Assembly: GCA_037379345.1 (NCBI GenBank)
Contig: CM074523.1
Coordinates: 31,883,678-31,947,677 of the forward strand
Source: Perna viridis
Taxonomy: Eukaryota
Length of the DNA: 64,000 nt
Reading direction: 5' to 3'
Of this stretch, positions 53,001-62,000 are shown piece after piece (position 1 is the stretch's first letter; each line of letters begins with the position of its first letter). Made by a program: the position numbers and the translations under genes. Under the pieces are notes generated by a model that worked only from the letters and a program-made list of their open reading frames with translations, made no database searches and was not told the DNA's origin.

Positions 53001-56000
53001 TGCATGTGAAGCAATCTTTTTGTTAAGGAGAGATTGTTTCACCTCAAAATCTCTTTGTTTTGCAAAATTATTAGTACTACATTGGATTTTGTTGATGAGT
53101 GGTTTTGTATTTAACTTTCTTTTCACTTTTAGATGAAATCAAAGTTGCATATGTATAATCCATGAACATTGATAGACTTTTTTTTTCAAAAGACATTACC
53201 TGTTTATTGGAATTACCTCTTAAATTTGCTTAGAGAATTCCGATACGATTGCATTTTGAAAATCAAGATGCATAAGCTGCATGCCAAAGCAGTGTGCAGG
53301 GAATTAATTGGAAATATTTGTGTGTACAATAAGCCATTGTCAGCAGAATTTGAAATTTAAAATAGAGGATCAAAATATTTATGTTGATTATTAATATTTT
53401 CAATGGAATTATCAGCTGATGTTTGTCAATTGATTTTTGGTTCTAGGCATAATTTAAAGTATGAATATTTCAATACTTATACATGACGGGAAGTATAACG
53501 GATCATCAGGCGATATGTATTTCTTGTTTTCCTGGAATTTTAGCGTGGAATATTGTGACTTTTTCCATCAGAGCTACATTGCTGTGAGAGTTTGTGATTG
53601 TGCAAACTTCTAGTACTTCTGAGGCTTTGTGGAATTGGAAATACATATTTTATTATGTAAATAATGTGATCTGTCTGATTTGGATGAAACTTGGCACAGT
53701 GAGGCATACTTCTTGAAGTAAAATTAGAGAACTTGTGGAATTGTTAAGATATATTGTATTTATCTGTCTGATTGTGGTGATACTTGTGAATAATATTTTC
53801 CTTAAGATAATTTTTCAGTTGGACAGATTGTTATGAAACTTTGCATAAGAATTGTAATGGTGTGAAAATTAATTCACCCTAATGAATTATAAGTAGTATT
53901 TAACAACTTTAAATATATCTGAAGATCAAATGAAAATTTAGACTGACATGGACTGATTGCTGTGAATAGATTGGTTCTCAAAATACCTATTTAAAAAATC
54001 ATTTTTGAATATTATGTTCTGATAGAAGTTGAAAACTATTTGTAAACAGTTTGTATACCAAAGTACATTTTTTTCTACACTATAGATTAAGAACATTATG
54101 GACACTAATAGTATTTTGTTGAAGTGAGGAAATTAATGCTAATGTTGATCTTGTGATTGGTATGGAATGAATGGAAGCTGTGATTGGTGGAAATTCTTAA
54201 TGGAATTTTGTCAAACTTTACTATCGCCTTTTCATATATTATAGGATATATGTCAGGAATATGGACTAACTTTTATATATTTAAATGAAACAGTATTGAA
54301 AGCAAAATAAATGTAAACTGTAAATATTTACACCTTTTAAGTACTATCGCTAGGAATATAAGTACTAGATTGTTTTGATTAGATCAACAGTTCTTTATTC
54401 ATAATTAACCACATTCATATAAACTTAAATGTAACCAAAGATAAATTTCTGGATGTAGAGTACTAGGATTAAACTGTCAATATGTCGAAAATTAAATATT
54501 CATAATGGTAAAATGTTTCAAGTTTTCATAGTGAACCTCATGTAAATATGAACATAGTATCGGAATATGGAGTCGTCTCATACAGGTGTTTAATCTTTAT
54601 GTACGGTCACTTGAATGTTTTAATCCTGTGTAACGATACCATACAAGATACCAGTGAAAAATAAAGGAAATATTGACCTGTTATTTATAGATGACTTTCA
54701 TTTTTATTGTGGCTGTATCATTTCTTAGATGGCCATTAAAATATTTTGTCCTGCATAACCTTATAAAGACCATTGATTGAAGAAAAGAACATTGATCAAT
54801 TTAGATCCATACTGATGGAAGAAGTTGAAGATAAAGTTGATTTGTTAGGTGCTTCTGGAGATCTCTGTTTTCGAAGTTCGTGTGAAATTAAAGTTGGAAA
54901 TGTATGTAAAGGCGATCAGTTGCTGAAAAATTCTTTCCATCAGAAACATGTGATTCCAAATGGAATTGTACTAGGAAATAATAGTGATGTTATGAAGACT
55001 GTTGGAAATGGAGTTTCCGATACAAATTGTTCTTCAGGGTTAGTTTCTGGATGTAAACAGCATTTTGATTTTAATTCTAATAATTATCAAAGTTCTCAGA
55101 ATATGTCATGTGAAAATAAGAATCTACCAGTAGTTGAACATTTTGGTTCAAGAACTCTGTCAGATTTATGGAATGATTGTGATGAAACTTTGCAGCATGA
55201 TTCTGTTTCTAATGCCATTGGAGTAATAGATAATGTCAATAAGTTTGATATTGATCAGAATCTAAATTTTAGGAGATCTGAAAAGGAAGAACAAGTTTTA
55301 GGTGAAAATTGTGCATCTGTAAATTTTGATAGTTCTTTTAATACCAATCCCAGTGAAGCAGCTGGGAAGCAGTTTACTGGAAGTATAAAGGAGTCTGGAA
55401 ATATTGAAAATAGAGCTAGTAATATCACGTTAACTCATGATGCCTCAGATAAAGTTTTTGAATTAGTCTCTGACAGTCTTAAAAACAGACTTCAAAGTTC
55501 AGCTGTTAAAAAAGAAACAGTTGAATGTATAAAGGATGGCAGTTATGCTTGTGATATAGATGCTGTGCCTGATAATTTTGATTTTAAGAAAAGTTTTGAA
55601 GATTTATCTAACATACTAAAGGATGTGGGAGAAGAAGTGCTACCTATTGTCCCTGAAACATCCACTGACAACTTCAAAAATGACATAATTAAAAATACAA
55701 GTTCATTTTTAATTTGTTGTAATGTAGAATCTAGTGGAAAGTTTAAATCTAGAAAGGGGAAGAAACTCTGGAAGAATCCTGATTCTGTGGACGGGCTTGT
55801 TGATGTGACCCCAGATACTGTCATTCTCAAGAAATTCAGAAAATTTGAACATCTGGAGGAGGAAGTGCCAGAATTGTGCACTTGTCCACATCAAGATAGA
55901 TATGCCTTTTCTATACAAGTAAGGGTCTTGGTTTTGTACAAAAATGTTCATGGTTGAAAAATGGGGGGAGTTGGTAGGGTTGGAGGAGGGTCATGCTCTC

Positions 56001-59000
56001 TTGTTTGATTTTAATTGAAAAGTGCACATGACACTTTTATTTCATTGCCTGTTCTTTTATATCCCATTGTGAAAAATAATTTTTGTAAGGCCAAAATAAA
56101 TAAAATTTTTGTTTCCTGCTACCAGCAAGAAAAAAATAAGGTAGGTAGGTAGGGAAATTTTTTTTCCAAAACAATTTACATTGTGCTAATGGGGAAGCAA
56201 TAAAGACTTAAATAGTGCTTGGGCTTAAATTGCTATAAAATATTTAGGGCCGGCACAAAAAAACTAGGGTAGGGTAGCAGGAATTAGAAATATATTTTTT
56301 TTTTTTTTTGCCTAATGGATGTTGATAAGAAACTTGAAAATATAGAGTAAGAGAAATGGTTTACAGCATGAACCAGGTGTTTTTCGATGTAATAGACTTG
56401 AGGGTAATTGAGACATCTCTGTATTCTCCTAATCATTTGGCAGTAAGTGTGTATTAACCACTAAGGAGGCCTTATTATAGAGCTTTTCCTGTCTCAGAAA
56501 GTCCTTCAAGGTAATTCAATTGTATTTTAAATTTTTAAGTAATTGTATTAAACTTATGAAAACTTATGCAAGATTTTATGCATCTGTTAAAAAATCGCAT
56601 TATTTTAAAGCTTTTTGATGTTTGTCCAATAAAATCATGTGTTCTATAATTCAGTACTATGGACTAATCCACGTCTAATCCTTTAAGCTGGTTTAGGATT
56701 TTCTCATGATTTTTTAACTCTCTAGGAAAGGTCAAAAGGTCAGACTGACAGAGGGATTTACTAAATGGGATAAAATTATTTTTCATAATAGGGTTAAAAT
56801 AGTGAAAGTTTTATGAACTTTGGTTACTCATTTTATTTCCTCCCTTTTCCTTTAGTATGTAAGGTTCAAGTTAATGGTTTATGCTTTTTAATGCACGTAA
56901 TACTATTGAAAATACTATTGAAATATCTTGGATTACCAGTTTTCATTGTAAAGTCAAATTATCAAAGAAATGTAAAATTTCAGTGGAGAATTTGGAGGGA
57001 GGGGTGGGTGGGTATATTAGTACCTTCACACATGAAACTAGTTCTGGTTTTGTTGGAGAAAATGCTGTGTGAAAATGAAAAGTAGGACTAAAAATATTAA
57101 AATATGTACTTTTGGATCTAGATAATAATGTGGTTGTAGGAGATTCAGTGGTGCTGTTAGTATACAGACATTTCCTAAGGGAAGATTAGTGGGTAAGGGT
57201 AATAAGGTACTATCTTGCCATGCAGCAGGCTTTGAGATTTGCACTCTTTGACTTAAGCCAGATGTAAATCTTCATTATGACTGGTATATTTTATAACTGA
57301 TGTGGGTCTGGATGTTGAAAAATTTATGAATGAAGGTTCAATGTTGGAAGAACTTTGAATTAATGTCAGACTCTTATAAGATATAATTTAATTCAAAACA
57401 GTTTTGAAGATTTATTGCCTTTTAATATCATTTCATCTTGTGGTGGATTATGTCTTACTCTTAGACAAATCAGAAATCAGGGTCATTCATTTCAGTGATA
57501 TATGACTCATATACACTCAGTCCTTTTAAGTTATTTAGCTTTGAAGGTAAAATAAGATATGACAAAATGGAAGAACAAAGAGGCATTGTAAAACTTTTTA
57601 TTTTAAAACCAAAAAAAAATATTGATTGGGATTCATGCAAGTATTTGAATTTGCCTCTGATTCAAGGCAAGTGAGGATTTGTAAAACTGGTTAAAATTTG
57701 GTTAATTTTTTGTTTTCGAGTGAAAAAAATTGATATTGGACTTCCCCATTGTTTAATGATAGAGAACCTCTATGAATTATTAATAATCATTAGTAAAAAT
57801 AACGACTTTAAATCACTTCTACTCATTTTACAGTTTTAAACTAATATGTTGTAAAAAGTAGCAATGGCTTGTTCCCTATAATGGAACTTTCCAGGACATT
57901 TTGTGCCCATTACTTAGAACTCTCTAGATTTTAACCAAACTTGGTATGCACATAAAATGAATTCTCATGATGTTAACTAATTGTTCAATCAATCTTATCC
58001 TGTAATGAATACCAAGATCAGATGTGGTGACAAATAACAGAGAGCAACACATATTTTTTGTGTGGATGAAATTAAGATATTATATATTCCCATAGTGAAG
58101 CACAAATATTTTCCTTTGGGGATGTCTAATTTTTTTGGAAGTTTCTATCAGACAGAATTTCAGTTTTAAAAAAATATTCTTTTCTTTTAGGAATTTGAAA
58201 AAGAAGCTGAAGCATATAGACAAAGAACACACCAACTTCCACCAATCAGTGAAGAGATTGACAATGATGTCATCGACGATGAGATTGAGTCATTGGAGGC
58301 CAAATATCGTGACATATCAAGAGAATGCTCAAAACACTTGGAAAAACTGGCCTCCATAATGAAACAGAAAAAGGCCTTTGATGATCTTAGTGAAAAACTA
58401 TCAGGGATTTATCCTCAAATCGAAAAGAAACTTATTGGAATAGATGAACAGGAAGTTGGCAAAATGCCTGACAAAGATGCACATGATCTTGCTATTCTGA
58501 AAGACCTAAAAGCTGATTTATTTGGTCAGGAAAGGAAATTGAAAGAACTGACCCAAACAGGGGATAAATTGGTGAAGGGACTTGAAGCAATTAACATGCA
58601 TGGCAAAGCAAATGCAATTCAAAAAATGGTGGACGATTGTCGAGAAGCACATGACAAACTTCAACAGGACATTGCACAGAAAGAGGAAGTTTTTGACTCT
58701 GCCGTCTCCCAGCAACATGACGTCATGAATAGGCTTGATGAACTGACAGAATGGTTGACTGACACTGAAAGTTTTCTGAATGAGGGCAGAGCAATTAGCC
58801 TTGACAAAGACAAACTATTACAACAACTAAAGGAACAGCAACTGATGAATGCTGAAATTGATAGCAATAAAGCTCTACTTGAGCGACTTTCAGAAGCTCC
58901 TGATGTTTCCGTGACAGAAGATACTGAAACAGCCATATTTGATCTCTCAGAAAGGTAGTTTTTTTTAAATTTTTTGGTAATTACAGACTGTTTTTGATGT

Positions 59001-62000
59001 CAAATTGAAAAAAAAATGTATCCAGTAAACAAACATTAAATGGTAAACAGTTGTTTTACTCCGTGAAGCTGATTTCAATTCTAAAGTCTGCAATTTCTTA
59101 ATTTCTTATAATAAAATTGTTGGGATGGTCATTTTTTTTCAAGAAACTGGTATGACATCAGACACCCCTCCACCTCAGCTCCTTTCCAAATAAAAAAGGG
59201 CATAGTTAATCAGGTCTCCATTTATAATACATTATTGCTCCAGTTAAAAGAATAGTTCTCCATTTATTTCATATCTTTATCAAATTTTTATGGTCTATAA
59301 TTACAAACTGTAATACTCTAATAAGGGTGAGACATACTAAGCCTTCTGTTCAGAGAATATATACTATTTAATTAGCTAACATCATCTAATCAGAAATGAC
59401 CAGCAAATTACAAAGTGTTATTTTGTCATTTTGTGTGGGTACTGCTATCTATCAATTAAGTGTGCAGATTGTAATGATAAGTCATGAATTGTCAATAGTA
59501 GAATACTTCATCTGCTATTTGGGGTATGTTAGTCAGTTTTACTGTTAAAGCAAATTAGTGTTGTTATCATTATGTGCAGAATATAATGAAAAGGTTTTGT
59601 AGACTATTGAAATGAGGCAAAAAAAAACCCAAAAAACCCCAGATGTGTCTGTTTAAGGTTACATTAGATGGAAAAATAGGGTAGGTAGGTAGGTATAGAT
59701 AAAATCATTTCATATAAACACTATTGGGAGAATTTTTTGACATTAATAGTTCTCATTTAAAAAAATGATATTTTAGTGGCATTTTATGAAAAAAAATCCA
59801 AATGAAATGTGCTAGGGCAGAAAAAATAGGGTAAGGAGGGTAACCTTAAACCAACATATTTTTTCCTTGCCCAAGTCCTTTTGGTCTGTAGCTGAGGTTT
59901 CTAAATTTATAAAAGACTTGACGAATGTGAATTATTAAGTAGTTTCGGTAAGGCCCTATTTTTGCTCCTGTATTCAGCGTTTTTGAAAGATTTGTTTTGG
60001 TCTATATTAGTTAGTTTATTTGAAAGGATAATGGTTGTAGTAAATACATCTCAGCCGATTTTAGTGATATCATGAGTGTTTTTGACCTAATAGCAGTCAA
60101 AATTAACACATATTAGTGAAATCTTTAATTTTGTTGCATTTTTACACATAATTTTGATGTTTTTTGCCTGAAACAGGAGTGACCGCTTCCATGTTTATCC
60201 AAAATATTGACATATATGTTGTATCTTACAGCACTACACAATATATATAAAGATCAAGAATGAACATGCATGCGGCCACATTCGTTTTTCACAAAAACCA
60301 TCAAGATATGCTGAAATATTGAAATTTTATGGATTTTTCATCATTTAGGCAAATTTGTTGGGATACAATGAAGAGATGCTTTCTGTTTTTGGCCTAAATC
60401 TTACGGAACTAGCTAGTGTAAACACTTCTGTGTACAAAAATGATAAAAATCTTTATTTTGAACAATTTCATATATGTGGCCAAAATTGGGCATAACCAAA
60501 CCATCTCCTTAATATAGCAATTATTTTTTTACAGACTCACTGATGTGGAGCGTAAGGCAGAACTTGCCACAAAAGGTCTTGAAGAAATTGCTAGTCGTAT
60601 GTCAGACTTGGACAATGGGGTGGGACAAATGGACAGCTGGCTAACAGAATCCATTGACCTACTTAAAAATAGATCCAAGGGAAATAATCAAAAGGCTATC
60701 AAAGCTAAAGTTGATGTTTTGTATAATGAAAAACGTGAACGTGAGAGTGACATGGAAAATATCCGTGGTGCTGCTAAATCCATCATGGAGGATGACAGAG
60801 TTTGTGATGAGTTTGCTGTGAAAGAGAATCTTGGTGAAGTTGAAACAAAGTGGCATGAGCTGACAGAACATCTTGTCCAACAAGTATCATTAGAGGTTGG
60901 TACTGGTTAGATTATCAGGGTTGTCAGAGGCAAAAATAAAAACACACATTTATGGCCCCTACTATCAGTTGGAACCCTTAAGTAATCAGTTTTTTTGTCC
61001 ATCTCATGTTGGCTTTGAAACTTTATACTTTTTGGAGTTAAAAACTGGCATGAATGTTATATAATCATCACCCACCCATGAGTCATACATTAGAAAGAAA
61101 TAAACAAACATTACAGAAAATCTCACTTAAATTTGGATACCTTGGGTCAAATGTCTTCTCTATAACTTTCATTCGTTTTGGAGTTCAGTGATAACAGGTG
61201 ATGTTTTTTTTCTATTGTTGAAAAATTAGTACCAGGTTGTCAGTTTTAAATTTTTGTTTGACAATTTTACCTTTATAGGCCTTAACAGAAATAGAAGGAA
61301 TGCTGAAGTATTTGGACAAAGCAGAAAATGACATCAACACAGCAGAGCCTGTCAGTATAGACCCAGAAATACTCACTGTACAGCTGAAAGAACACCATGT
61401 AAGTCTGGGGAAATATCAGTAGGGTAAGAAAAGTTGTAGTTTTGCAGCAGGGTAGGGCTTTTATATTGATACCTGACCAAGGAGAGTCTGACAGTATATA
61501 CCCAGAATTGTTCTCCCTCTGTTTAGTGAGAATTGTACTGTCCATTTCTCTGAGGGTACAATGTACCTTCATTTACTTTGTATTGTGCAATTTGTTCTTT
61601 ATTTACATTTGATTTGTTGTTCCAGACATAAAAAAATTCCCTGACTGTTTGTACCTTTTGTATTGCAAATTACTTTTTCCTCATAAGTTCTGTTAAGTTT
61701 TAAAACTGTTCAGAAGGATTTATGATAGAGTTAATGGAGGTTTGATGAATTAAATTTAATTTTGAGGGGATTTTTTGTGTTTCAGTCTTTCAATGACGAC
61801 TTGAATCAAAAAAGGAATGCAGTCAAAGAAATAATCAACAAGTGCAATCGCATGCTTCGTGAGACCACTAATGCACAGACTGACGAGATTAAGTCTCGCT
61901 TGGACAGTATTAGAGCACAGGCTGATATTGTATGCCAACTTAGTGCAGAAAGGTTAAGCCAACTGGAATCTGCTCTCCCATTGGCTACTCACTTTAGTGA

